From the NCBI GenBank assembly GCA_030390025.1, contig CM059438.1:61010001-61074000 (forward strand): a DNA stretch of 64,000 bases, read 5' to 3'. Every line of letters begins with the position of its first letter. The stretch's first letter is position 1. The position numbers and the translations under genes were made by a program. Source of the DNA: Squalus acanthias. Taxonomy: Eukaryota. This document shows positions 22,895-35,884 of the stretch, piece after piece. The notes beneath the pieces are model-generated. The model was not told the DNA's origin, did not search any database, and worked only from the letters and a program-made list of their open reading frames with translations.

Positions 22895-24130
22895 CCAGAT
22901 AAGGGAGAACCAGTGGATGTGGTGTATTTGGACTTTCAGAAGGCTTTCGATAAGGTCCCGCATAAGAGATTAGCGTGTAAAGTTAAAGCACATGGGATTG
23001 GGGGGTAAGGTACTGACTTGGATAGAGAACTGGTTGGCAGACAGGAAGCAAAGAGTTGGAATAAATGGGTCTTTTTCAGAGTGGCAGGCAGTGACTAGTG
23101 GGGTACCGCAGGGATCGGTGCTAGGACCCCAGCTATTCACAATATATATTAATGATCTAGACGAGGGAACTAGATGTAATATCTCCAAGTTTGCAGATGA
23201 CACAAAGCTGGGTGGGCGTGTGTGCTGTGAGGAGGATGCAGAGAAACTCCAGTATGATTTGGACAGTTTGGGTGATTGAGCAGATGCATGGCAGATGCAG
23301 TATAATGTGGATAAATGCAAGGTTATCCACTTTGGTGGCAAAAACAGGAAGACAGATTATTATCTGAACGGCAATAGATTGGGAAAAGGGGAAGTGCAAC
23401 GAGACCTGGGTGTCCTTGTGCACCAGTCGCTGAAGGTAAGCATGCAGGTGCAGCAGGCGGTTAAGAAGGCAAATGATATGTTGGCCTTCATAGCGAGAGG
23501 ATTCGAGTACAGGAGCAAGGATGTCTTGCTGCAGTTGTACAGGGCCTTGGTGAGACCACACCTTGAGTATTGTGTGCAGTTTTGGTCGCCTTATCTGAGG
23601 AAGGATGTTCTTGCCATGGAGGGAGTGCAGCAAAGATTCACCAGACTGATACCTGGGATGGCAGGAATGATGTATGAAGAGAGATTAGGTCGATTAGGCT
23701 TATATTCGCTAGAGTTTAGAAGAATGAGAGGGGATCTCATTGAAACTTATAAAATTCTAACAGGACTAGACAGACTAGATGCAGGAAGGATGTTCCCGAT
23801 GGCGGGGGAGTCCAGAACCTGGGGTCACAGTCTAAGGATAAGGGGTAAGCCATTTAGGACTGAGATGAGGAGGAATTTCTTCACCCAGAGAATGGTGAAC
23901 CTGTGGAATTCTCTACCACACAAGGCAGTTGAGGCCAATTCATTAAATATATTCAAGAAGGAATTAGATATATTTCTTAAGGCTAAAAGGATCAAGGGAT
24001 ATGGGGAGAAAGCAGGGACAGGGTACTGAGTTTGGATGATCAGCCATGATCTCATTGAATGGCGGAGCAGGCTCGAGGGGCCGAATGGCCTACTCCTGCT
24101 CCTATCTTCTATGTTTCTATGTTTCTATGA
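22895..24130 (+). mobile_element. 5'-truncated CR1 (HER1-like) LINE, disrupted RT
   Basis: [27 protein letters not shown]; premature TGA at 23277-23279; (tctatgtt)n tail; same subfamily as 54331-57377. Confidence 0.93.
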
Positions 24131-24277
24131 TCGAAACATGTGTAAGCTATCAGAGACAGACTCTGCCAAGCAACAGTCAGAACCTGCCCAGAGACAAACC
24201 CAATGAAGACATCATCCAGACTGATCGCCTTGGGAAACCAGTCACTAAAGATCAACGGTGACAGAAAGAAGGTAATT

Positions 24278-24502
24278 GTCTCACTCTGTTACGGGACAGT
24301 TACACTCATGGTCTCACTCAGTTATGGGATAGTTACACTCATGGTCTCACTCAGTTACGGGACAGTTACACTCACTGTCTCACTCAGTTACGGGACAGTT
24401 ACACTCACTGTCTCACTCAGTTACGGAACAGTTACACTCACTGTCTCACTCAGTTATGGGATAGTTACACTCATGGTCTCACTCAGTTATGGGACAGTTA
24501 CA
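24278..24502. repeat. 33-bp minisatellite, ~7 copies
   Basis: Unit gtctcactcagttacgggacagttacactcact. Confidence 0.93.
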
Positions 24503-25540
24503 TAGGATTACATAGGATATACGGCACAGAAACAGGCCATTCGGCCCAACCAGTCCATGCTGGCGTTTATGCTCCACTCCAGCCTCCTCCCGTCTTTCCT
24601 CATCTAACTCTATCAGCATAACCCTCTATTCCCTTCTCCCACATATGCTTATCTAGCCTCCCCTTAAATGCATCTATACTATTCGCTTCAACCACTCCCT
24701 GTGGTAGCGAGTTCCACATTCTCACCACTCTTTGGGTAAAGAAGTTTCTTCTGAATTCCCTATTGGATTTCTTGGTGACTATCTTACATTGATGGCCTCT
24801 AGTTATGCTCTTCCCCACAAGTAGAAACATTCTCTCTGTATCCACTCTAGCAACATTTTTCATAATTTTAAAGACCTCTATTAGGTCACCCCTCAGCCTT
24901 CTTTTTTCAAGAGAAAAGAGACCCAGCCTATTCATCCTTTCCTGATATGTATACCCTCACATTTCTGGTATCATCCTTGTAAATCTTCTCTGCACCCTCT
25001 CCAGTGCCTCTATATCCTTTTTATAATATGGCGACCAGAACTGTACGCAGTACTCTAAGTGTGGTCTAACCAAGGTTCGATACAGGTTTAGCATAACTTC
25101 TCTGCTTTTCAATTCTATCCCTCTAGAAATAAACCCTAGTGCTTGATTTGCTTTTTTTATGGCCTTGCTAACCTGTGTCGCAACTTTTAGTGATTTGTGT
25201 ATTTGTACTCCGAGATCCCTTTGTTCCTCTACCCCACCTAGACTCGCACCCTCCAAGTAATAAGTGACTTCCCTATTCTTCCTACCAAAATGTAATACCT
25301 CACATTTATCTGTGTTGAGCTTAATTTGCCAATTATATGCCCATTCTGCAAGTTTATTAATGTCCTTCTGTAATTTGTTGCAGTCCTCCTCAGTATTGAC
25401 TATCCCCACCCAATTTGGTGTCATCTGCAAATTTAGAAATTGCGTTTTTGATTCCAAAGTCTAAATCGTTAATGTAAATTGTGAACAGCAGTGGTCCCAG
25501 CACTGATCCTTGTGGGACACCACTACCCACCCTCTGTCAC
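24503..25540 (-). mobile_element. 5'-truncated CR1 LINE
   Basis: ORFs 24957-25457 and 24600-24935 (LVRPHLEYCVQFWSP, LGLFSLEKRRLRGDLIE, FFTQRVVRMWNSLP). Confidence 0.92.
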
Positions 25541-25691
25541 CATCAGAAAGTCATGGGTTCAAGTCCCACTTGAGACTTGAGCAGAAAATCTGAGCTGACA
25601 CTCCAGTACTGAGGGAGTGCTGCACTGTTGGAGGTGCCGTCTTTTGGATGAGATATCTGCCCTCTCAGGTGGATGTAAAAGATCTCATGGA

Positions 25692-26250
25692 CACAATACT
25701 CCAGCTGGGGCCTATCCAGTGTTTTATAAAGGTTTAGTATAACTTCCTTGCTTTTGTACTCTAGGCCTCTATTAGTAAAGTCAAGGATTCCCTATGCTTT
25801 TTTAACAGCCTTCTCAGCTTGTCCTTCCACCTTCAAAGACTTGTGTCCGTACACCCCATTTTCTCTGTTCCTGCACCCCCTTTAAAATTGTACCCTTTAG
25901 TTTATATTGCCTCTCCTCATTCTTCCTTTCAAAATGTATCATTTCACACTCCTCTGCATTAAATTGCATCTGTCATGTGTCTGCCCATTTCACCAGTCTA
26001 TGTCCCCCTGAAGTCTGTTACTATGCTCTTCACTGTTTACTACATTTCTGAGTTCTGTGTCAACTGCAAACTTTGAAATTATGCCCTGTATACCCAAGTC
26101 CAGATCATTAATATATCTCAAAAAGGGCAGTGGTGCTAATACCGACCCCTGGGGGACACCACTGTATACTTCCCTCCAGTCTGGTAAACAATCATTCACC
26201 ATACTCTTTGCTTTCTGTACTTTAGCCGATTTTGTATCCACGCTGCCACT
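25692..26250 (-). mobile_element. CR1 LINE internal RT fragment
   Basis: SGVPQGSVL...YINDLD...ISKFA on minus strand; preceded by a DeuSINE 5' fragment at ~25540-25690. Confidence 0.85.
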
Positions 26251-26344
26251 GCCCGAGCTGAGGGTTCAGCTGCTGGGGTAACTATTGCAATAATGTTGTT
26301 TCTATTGCACGGTCGAGGGTCCAAGTGATGGAAGGGGTGTGGAG

Positions 26345-26640
26345 CACTGGGGAACGTAGTGAGCTAGCACCCTGTCTTTTTACCTCAGGCACCCTGGGTG
26401 ACGGGACAAAAGTCGACGACTCGACGGATGCAGGTGTCCCGAGGGAAATGAATTTGGGGACTGTCTGACTCCAGTTCCTAGTGGAGAGGGACCCACAGCA
26501 ACAGAACTGTCCCTAAATGAGCAATCTGAATCAACGGCCATAAGGGATGGCTGGTCCGGGAAATGGAGATATCGCACTGGTGCAGCAGGAGGCGCTATTC
26601 TAAGTCTGAGGTTGAGGAACATTGTGGGGCCAGAGAAGGA
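26345..26640 (+). mobile_element. LF-SINE-like ancient SINE
   Basis: gaaatgaatttgggg...tccagttcctagtgga and ggttgaggaacattg resemble LF-SINE consensus blocks as I recall them; not verified by search. Confidence 0.55.
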
Positions 26641-27219
26641 GGGATTTCTCTAAAGATTAACCCTTTACTTTGTGGCCCCAATAAAAGCTCCCTGCCTGGA
26701 CTGAAAGTGGATTCGATGCTTTTTTAAGGATCCCATTGCTCGTGCTAAGGTTCTGTGTTTGGCCAACAGCCCAGAGATAACCAGCAGACTGAGTGAGGCA
26801 GGTCGGGGGAAATTCTATTTCCCTGGACTGGCCAGTTTTCAACTCATGTATTGCGGCATTGATATTACAGTAATAAAAACACGGAAAGAACAGGAATCAG
26901 TTTATTACTGGAATACCAACCATCTATTAAAAGGCATACCAGAAACATAACTTCAGATCAAAGTATTTGAACCCTTTTCCTGTTTTTGCCCTTTGTGACT
27001 CATTTTTTTCTGTTCCCTTTATGTCTTAATTGTGACTTTCATTCTACTGTTATCCTAACTACCCAAATCCAAGTCTCTTTTTCCTTTTCTTTTTAACTCT
27101 AGTTTTCTTCTTCAACCTCTCTGATCTCGCTCATCATTTTGAAGATGGAAGTAACTTGGAAAAAAAGAATTGCCATTCGATTGGTTGGAAACCAAGCTGT
27201 TTTTCAGCCAGAACTCTAA

Positions 27220-28095
27220 GGGGGAAAAATTCGGTAGCTTTGCGCCTCCCGTTTAATGGGGCGCAAAGCAACTAGCGCCCGGGCGCGGCGATGTTTGCGC
27301 CGCTCGTGAAATTGACCAGGCATTTTGTGGCGATGCTAAACACTACCGCCATGATCTCCTGCGCCCGCAGATCGTGACGTCAGTCGAGTGCGCAACGCCC
27401 CGGTAGTGCCCCGGACCGGCTATTGAGTGGCGCCCCCTGCCTTTCCGCCTGCCACTAGCAACGACAGGTTGAGAGGAGCGTTTTGTAGTCGGGAAGGGAC
27501 TGGGGGAGCGCTATTTAAAGGCGACCGCTTTCTGCCTTTTTATGTCAGCGACATTTTTGCACCACGCATTCTGAGAGAGAGAGAGAGAAACTTCTGGAGA
27601 GATTCAACGCTGTGTGAAGGAGTTTTGGGTACTGAGCAGCACTTTGCAGGTTCATTTTGATTTGACCTTCCTTGCATCGATTTAGAAGAGACTGTGGGGG
27701 CTGCATTCTGAGCTCTTTCCCTGGGTCTCTCCATTGTTCTTTCCAGCAGATCTGATGTACAGGTCTCTCCAGGCCGAGATTCAAGGCTGCAATGAGCAGG
27801 GTGTGGATGGAGAGCAAGATCGACCCTCCCCTTTAAGAACTGGCCGGCGCCAGTGTGTCTGTGTTCCATTGCTGACTGACATCACATGAGCTTCACCAGC
27901 GCTCTGAGGTAGCGCCTCGCTCCTCGGCGTTAGCGCCTTAAGAGAGGTGTGTAGCGCCTGATTTAGCGCTCCAATCACCTCCAGGGGCGATAGAAGCCAA
28001 GTTTGCAGTCGGAGACGATAATTAGCGTCAGGCGCTAAACTTTGCGCCCGGCCGATAATTGCGCCCCAAACGGGGCGATACCGAATTTCTCCCCC
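27220..28095. mobile_element. GC-rich PIF/Harbinger-like MITE
   Basis: TIR gggggaaaaattcggta / taccgaatttctccccc; flanks TAA / CAA; carries TGACGTCA at 27375-27382. Confidence 0.78.
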
Positions 28096-28181
28096 CAAAT
28101 CAATACAGGTCATGTGACTCACATGAACACCTTGTCTTTGAAGTGTTTAGTGTGCCCAGTAAGGCAGCCAATGGACACATA

Positions 28182-28366
28182 GGGATAAAAATTCACCTAG
28201 GGTGTTAGTGCAAAATGGGCGGTATCGTGTCGCCTGCCCGTCATACGCCCCGCCCAACGTTTACTTCCATCGACTCAAAGGAACTGAATATTGGGTGTGG
28301 CGCGTAACAGGCGGCCGGCGAGATACCGCCCGTATCGCGATGTCGCCCAAGGCGAATATCTGCCCC
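28182..28366. mobile_element. Short palindromic MITE
   Basis: Ends gggataaaaattcacc / ggcgaatatctgcccc, TSD ATA, arms gggcggtatc / gataccgccc. Confidence 0.7.
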
Positions 28367-29316
28367 ATAAACTTTCTGGGGGGAGGCGACCTGGACAAGC
28401 AGCTCACACAGAAATATCCATGGCATAGCAAGGGTTAATCAGAGTTTTTATTTTTTAAAAGCGACGCCCCTTCATGCGCGCCAGCGAGTGAGTGTTTTGC
28501 AGTGGCTGGGTGTGTCTGTCAGATGCTCACTTTGTGTGTCTGAAGCTTGACCAACTCAGGACCACTGGAAAGTATGGGTCATGCCAGGAAAATCTGTGGC
28601 CTGGTACAAAACAACAACAACAACAACAACAAAGTTGCACAAATTCCGAGGCAACTCCACAAAGCTTGGATTCAGACTCTTCCCAACTGCAATGGGCAAG
28701 GTCAAATTGGCACAGATCCTGAGTCTCAAGGTTGCATACGGTATAAATATCTTGTAATACATGACTTGATATTCGTGGTCTACCAATAAATGGCTGATTT
28801 GACTCACACCTCCCAATGTACTGCTGCGTTATGCCACAAAATGTCACTCTGCGATTCATTTTCCAGGAATTCTCCACCAATACACGTCCTGTGTATGAAG
28901 CATGCCCTTATACTCAGCATAAAAGTGAGATTTATTTTATTGGATTTGTTTTCCTGCCCTTACTCAGTCATGCAGGGCTACTTTGAACTATAAACAAGCA
29001 AAGCCATGTTGGAAAATCACTAGGTGGAGGAGAGGTGAGGTTTGGAGCCAAGGGTAGCCAGCCTGAAGGTTTTGGAATTCACAGCGGCCTCGCCCATTTT
29101 GATGCTGGGATGGAATAGAATTCTTGAAGGTACAAGCACTCAAGACAACGAGTTGGTACTCCAAGACAATGTGCCACAGGCTGGCAGAACAAAGCTTGGT
29201 GCCCATGATTCATCAACATGGCATCTAATTTCTGTCATTCCTTCACAGGGTGGTTCTAAGCAGGTAGAGTCACAATCTCTGACCTGCTGTCCATCTCTAT
29301 GGACTCTGCTTAGTAG

Positions 29317-29788
29317 CTCCCTGTGACAGTATGTCACTGTGACAGTATCTCCCTGTGACAGTATCGCCCTGTGACTGTAGCTCCCTGTGACAGTATGTCA
29401 CTGTGACAGTATCTCCCTGTGACAGTATCGCCCTGTGACTGTATCTCCCTGTGACAGTATCTCACTGTGACAGTATCTCCCTGTGACTGTATCTCACTGT
29501 GACAGTATCTCCCTGTGACAGTATTCACTGTGACAGTATCTCACTGTGACAGTATAGCCCTGTGATAGTATCTCCCTGTGACAGTATCGCCCTGTGACAG
29601 TATCTCACTGTGACAGTATCTCCCTGTGACAGTATCTCCCTGTGACAGTATCTCACTGTGACAGTATATCCCTGTGACAGTATCTCCCTGTGACAGTATC
29701 TCCCTGTGACAGTATCTCCCTGTGACAGTATCTCCCTGTGACGGTATATCCCTGTGACAGTATCTCACTGTGATAGTATCTCACTGTG
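29317..29788. repeat. 17-bp minisatellite, ~27 copies
   Basis: Unit ctgtgacagtatctccc. Confidence 0.95.
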
Positions 29789-30399
29789 ATGGGACTTCCC
29801 TGCTCATGTGCACCATACAACAGCATTAAGTTAGGCCTGCGTGTAGGTCCACAGGCCTTTACTATAAATCTGGGAATGGTCTGGGATACCCAGACAAACA
29901 GGGAAGGAGCAAAACGCAAAAGACTTTGCAGTTTCCCAACAACAGGATCTGATGACAACAGGTTCCTGGAATTTCATCAAAACAGCAAATAACCAAAGAA
30001 TTTAGCTTCATCCTACTACTTCCTGTGTTTCTTGAAATAAATGATATTTGCTGTCTGAAGTAGGAAATTGCAAGGAAGTGTTGTGTAACTCGTTAGCGTG
30101 AGTTCATCTGTCCCGTAACTGAGTGAGACCATGAGAGAGAGTAGACAATGGTAATGCAGTAGATGTAATTTATCTGGTCAGAGGTGATCGTGTTAACACT
30201 GAGTCACGGCTGACAAAACGATATCTGTGCTTTGAGCTTCCCCGAGGATCATTTTCAGCAGTGTCTTCTAAGCCCATAGGAGGGGAGGAAGAGCTGGTAG
30301 AGGGGAAGGACACGGAGAATTGAACTCCTGTCCCGCTCAAGCACTGAGCACAAGCTGACCAAGTCAAAGCTTTTGAGCCAACTGCAGCGCCGTCCACAA

Positions 30400-31110
30400 G
30401 GAATCGGGGCTAAAAGGGTTAAATTATGAGGTTGCATATTGGTTGCATAGACAAGTCTTGTAGTCCCTTGAGTATAGAAGATTAAGGGGTGTTTAAGACG
30501 ATTAAAGGATTTGATAGGGTAGATAGAGAGAATTGTTTCCTGTGGTGGGGGAGTCCAGAACAGGACTTTCTCTACAGGCAGACACACTTACACACATACA
30601 CACATATACTTACACACATACACACACACATACTTACACACATACACACACATACACATACACACACACATACACACATACACACACATACGCATACACA
30701 CACACATACACACACACACATACACACACATACACACACACATACGCATACACACACACATACACACACACACACACATACACACACACGTACATACATA
30801 CATACATACACGCGCACACGCACAGACACCTTAAAATTAGAGCTCAGCCATTCAGGGGTGATGTCAGCAAGCACTTCTTTACACAAAGGGTGGTGGAAAT
30901 CTGGAACTATCTCCCCCAAAGTAGCTGTTGAGGCTGGGGGTCAATTAAAAATTTGAAAACTGAGATCGATAGATTTTTTTTGTTAGGTAAGGGTATTAAG
31001 GGCTAGGGAACAAAGCCGGGTAGATGGAGTTGAGATACAGAACAGCCATGATCTAATTGAATGGCAGAACAGGCTCGAAGGGCTGAATGGCCTTCTCCTA
31101 TTCCTGTCAC
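30400..31110 (+). mobile_element. CR1 LINE 3' fragment interrupted by CA-rich insert (30562-30828)
   Basis: ttgagtatagaagattaagggg...gggagtccagaac|insert|cttaaaattagagc...aagggctgaatggcct. Confidence 0.85.
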
Positions 31111-31675
31111 CTTGACTAAATGTGGCAGAGGTTGAGGGTGAGGGAAGTATAGAGAAGATGCAGGAGGAAAATAAATAGGGAATTATGAAGAAAACTCCTC
31201 TCACTGCAATGCTGAAAGCAAAGCCACTGTTAAATGGTTTAATAAGCATGCAGAGCAATGAAGTGGGTTGATTGGAATTGTTGGATTAGCAATGGTTCAG
31301 TCTGCTGGGTGGGGACAATAAAATTTATCACAGAAAATTCCAGAATATGGCATCTGGTTGTGAAATACATGACTGCAAATAGAGTACAACACATTCATGC
31401 TGCATTTACAGTGGGAGAGGTCTCAGTGAGGCATTGGACAGATCATCGCTGTATAAGGCATGTGTTAAATGTTACAGAGATGATGGTGCGTCGTCACTCA
31501 CACTGAACTGCTGTGTTGTCATGGCAGAGGATGCCGGACTGAGTGAGTAAACCTTTTTATTTAAAAGGCATCTGATGAAATCAGCCCCGGACCACGAGTG
31601 GGAGCAAGGTTGCTTTTAAAATGGCACCTTGATGTAAAACCAAAATCGACCCCCATTTCGAAAACCAAAGTGAGG

Positions 31676-31955
31676 GCCCCAGTGACTCAGTGGGTGAAGG
31701 CACTGCCTGATAAGGTGCTGGGTCAGAGGATCTGAGCTGGGTCAGAGCAAGGGGCTACAATTGGGCTCAAGACCAGGGAGGGGAACAATGAGGCAGGGTT
31801 CCTTCTCATGTCCTCAATACAGTGACACACCTCCATCAGAAAATGTGCGTGTGCGGGTGTGGCTATTGACAGTACTGGGCTAGGCTGCAACTCCCTCCCT
31901 CCCCACCCCCCATCATGATCCAATAGCCTATTAATAGTCACTGTCTAGGTTCACA
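31676..31955 (+). mobile_element. Old SINE-like dispersed repeat (family B)
   Basis: A-box-like gtgactcagtggg head; homology to 4335-4735. Confidence 0.5.
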
Positions 31956-32173
31956 GGAGGAGCAGGACTGCTCGTCACCCATGGATCCATATCCCAGCCG
32001 GAGTCAGCACTTTCAAGAGGGAAGGGAAGAAAGATAGAGCAAACCTGGAGAGAAAACCAATAAAGATTTATTTCCATCCCTTTTAGCAAGTCCCTGCGCT
32101 GTGCCAGAAGTGACTGCATTGTGAGAAATTAGCCCATGAAATACTGGCATCAAACAGGACTTTCTCTACAGAT

Positions 32174-32556
32174 ACACACACACAAACATACACAAACGCA
32201 CACGCACACATACAAACACAAACATACATACATACACAAACGCACACACACATACATACACACATACAAGCATACACACATATATGCTTACACACAAACA
32301 AACACACACACAAACGCACAAACATACACAAACGCACACATGCTCACACAAACATACACAAATGCACACATGCTCACACACGTATAAGCACACACACGGA
32401 CACATACACACACATATGTAGGCACACACACAAACGCAAGCACACACATACACACGCATTGCACACGCACGCACACACACATATACAGATTTGCAGATAT
32501 ACGCATGCACAGACACACATATACACAGATATACACATATACAGACAGACACACAG
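32174..32556. repeat. Compound (CA)n/(CATA)n microsatellite
   Basis: Direct reading. Confidence 0.9.
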
Positions 32557-32925
32557 AGAATTGCTTCCATACAATTAACATGAAAAAATAGTCGAAGAAT
32601 AGTCCCACCCTCCTTCACACCAGGTACAATTTACACTGTTATGGACTTTTCTTAATTTACTATATCCAAGGCAGGGGGATTACCACAAGGCATGCTTCCA
32701 AGCAGAGAACATAATGATTCCAGGGAGTATGCTGCTTGGTGTAAGGCCTTGATCGCATTAATCCCTGTACTGACAGTGTACGTACACCACATATTAATGG
32801 GAATACACTGAGCGGTGTAGGGAATGATCTCATTTCATAGCTGCTTCTTTCTTCAGGTATTGTTGCTTTCATTTTCACATTTGATTTCGGAATTACTTGA
32901 ACTCTGTGCGGTTTTGAGCACAAGG

Positions 32926-33160
32926 CAGGTTGAAATCTAACTGAGGGATATGGGTGGTTTATATATCGAATAACGGATATTTGGGAGTGAGTTACAGACT
33001 GGAGTCTAATCGAGGGGTTCAGGTGGTTTATATATAGAATAACTGATACTCGGGACTGTATCAAAATCTAATTGAGTGGTTTAGATGGTTTACCTAGGAG
33101 TGACTTACAGGCTGGAATCTAACCGAGGGGTTCGGACGGTTTACATATAGAATAATAGAT
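32926..33160. repeat. ~68-bp tandem repeat, ~3.5 diverged copies
   Basis: Same unit as 6804-7127. Confidence 0.85.
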
Positions 33161-33354
33161 GTCTGTGAATGATTTAGAGTCTGGGGTGGAGCTCTATAAC
33201 CATTATCTGAGAATTAAAGTAGACTAAAGCCTTGCAATCCCTCGTCATTGTATTTAGCTTGAAGTGTTTGAACTGTCTGGGAGCCGGCACCATTCTATAA
33301 CCATTCTCTGGTTAGTAAGTGCGCTCTGTTGTTACTGGGTGATAGGTCTCCTGT

Positions 33355-33905
33355 CCATCGCGGTGCCTTCAGCTACCAAGGCCCTAAGTTCTGGAATTCG
33401 CTCCCTAAACCTCTGCACCTCCCTCTCCTTTAAAACGTTCCTTAAAATCTACCTCTTTGACCAAGCTTTTGGTCACCTGTCCTAAAATATCTCCTTATGT
33501 GGCTCAATGTCAAATTTTGTTTGATAATCGCTCCCGTGTAGCGCCTTGGGACGTTTTACGATGTTAAAGGCGCTGTATAAATGCAAGTTGTTGTTGCCTC
33601 CGTGGGGTTAGCTGCTTGTGGCATTTATTGTCGGAAGCCTATCGGGATATCGCCTACCCTTGAAGAGCAAGGGAGTTCTCCCCGGTGTCCTGGGGCCAAT
33701 ATTTATCCCTCGACCGACATCACTAAAAAACAGATTATCTGGTCATTGTCGCAGTGCTGTTTGTGGGATCTTGCTGTGCGCACATTGGCTGCCGCGTTTC
33801 CTACATTACAACAGCGACTACGCTTCGAAATGACTTCATTAGCTGTAAAGCGCTTTGGCACGTCAATGAGGTCATGAAAAATGTTATATAAATGCAAATG
33901 TTTCT
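33355..33905 (+). mobile_element. L2 3' end (33355-33596) followed by DeuSINE 3' half (33655-33905)
   Basis: Both end in tataaatgcaa tails; match the other copies. Confidence 0.75.
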
Positions 33906-34499
33906 CCTTTCAATAGTAAGCGATCCAACGCAGAGTACTGGGTACACAACGATTGTTCTCTTTTAGCGATGAAGTGTGCGGATTATTTTGCTCACTTTAT
34001 CTGCACAACATTAGACAGCAGCAGCAGGCTAATGGTCCTTGTTTTCACCCATGCAGATGGTGATCCATTGACTGTCCCTGTGAATGGGCCTGTCCGGCAC
34101 CTCGTCAATCACCAGCTCCTCGAGTGTTACATTCCACCCTTTGAACCACTCTCGCTCCGTAAAGCTCCTTTCAGCATTAAACGTCTTGTTCTAAATAAAG
34201 TTGCTTGGTGACAGAGCACTTCAGTTAAGTACAGGACTTGGTGAAAAGTAAATTTAAAGCAGATATTTGGAAGAGCGTCTTCAGTCAAAGAGTGATAAAT
34301 GTTTGGAATTATCTGCCAAGTGGGATAGTGAGACAAAACTCTTGGAGTTGTGTAGAATGCTGCTTGAGAGAGCTCGGGTACTGGAGGGATCCGCTTCAAT
34401 GGGATGAATAGCCTTTTATTGTTCTTGACTTTTATCTTCTGATTTAGATTTGTCAGGGTGGGTGTGGAGGGAGGGAATACTGTGATTCACAAATATCGA

Positions 34500-35072
34500 G
34501 TTACATCAAGTTACATCGAGCCTGCAGCACAGAAACAGGTCATTGCCGGTGTTTATGCTCCACACGAGCCTCTACCCACCCCCTCTTAATCTAACCCTTT
34601 TCTCCCTTGTGTCAGCTGTGGCTCAGTGGGTAGCACAGTCGCCTCTGAGTCAGAGGGTTGTGGGTTCAAGCTCCCACTCCAGGGACTTGCGCACATAAAG
34701 CTAGGCTGACACTCCAGTAAAAGATCCCACGGCACTATTTCGAAGAAGAGCAGGGGAGTTATCCCTGGTGTCCTGACCAATACTTATCCCTCAACCAACA
34801 TAACAAAAACAGATTATCACATTGCTGTTTTTGGGACCTTGCTGTGTGCAAACTGGCTGCTGTTTCCCACATTACAACAGTGACTCTGCTTCATTGGCTG
34901 TAAAGTGCTTTGAGATGTCTGGTGGTTGTGAAAGGTGCTATATAAATGCAAGTCTTTCTTTCTCATGTGCTTATCTAGCTTCCCCTTAAATGCATCTGTG
35001 CTATTCACCTTGTGGTAGTGCGTTCCACAATCTTACCACTCTTTGGGTAAAGAAATTTCTTCTGAATTCCCC
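34500..35072. mobile_element. CR1 3' end (minus) interrupted by a DeuSINE (plus, 34610-34960)
   Basis: CR1 3'UTR continues across the SINE (catgtgcttatctagcttcccctt...). Confidence 0.75.
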
Positions 35073-35884
35073 ATATAGATTGATTTGGAAATATCCTGCT
35101 TCTATTGACAGTGTTAGGACTGCTTGGTGTGGAGGGGAGGAAGGAAGGGTGTGAGGGAGGAGTGCTTGCATTTATATAGGGCCTTTCACAACCTCAGGAC
35201 GTCCCAAAGCATTTTAAGTGTGGTCACTGAACAGATTGGCATGTTCATGGGATGAAGTAGATGTCATTAATAAAATCCAGTACCAGTGTTACCACGTTTT
35301 TGTTGAGGGCCACGATCCCAGCCAACATCTTTCTTTGGGGGGTCACTGGAGTGATGCACTGAGGTGGGTGGGGGTGGTGGTGGGGGAGGGGCGGCGGGGG
35401 TGAGGTGGGGGGGGTGGTGAGGAGGCGGGTGGGCAGATTGAGGAGGGTGGGGGTGGGTGGGGGGTTGAGGGGTGAGGTGGGGGTTGGGGTGAGGGTGAGG
35501 AGGGGTGGGTGAGGTGGGGGGGTGAGGGGGAGGGGGGGATCTATTCTTTGATACATAGAAGCATTAAATAAAACTCAACAGAAGGAGGCCATTTGGACCA
35601 TCACACCCGTGCTTGTTCTATCTTTGTAACTGAGATATACAATAAAGCATCGATTCAGTTAGTATTGATTCACTAATGCAAATTAGATAGATTTCTTTCA
35701 GAAAATAACATTTTGGGATACAGTATATGAGTAATTTGAGACATGACATGAGGTAAGAGTAGCATGATTGAAAGGAACAGCTGACTTTGGACCTATGGTT
35801 CTCAAAGCTCTCCACCCCTGGAATTTTCCTTGTGTCTGTTGTAGACTAACTGATAGAGATTGATTGCTATGATTAGTCAGCAAC

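Noticed and set aside
30489..32618. His/Thr- and Cys/Val-rich ORFs
   Set aside because: Translations of (CA)n microsatellites
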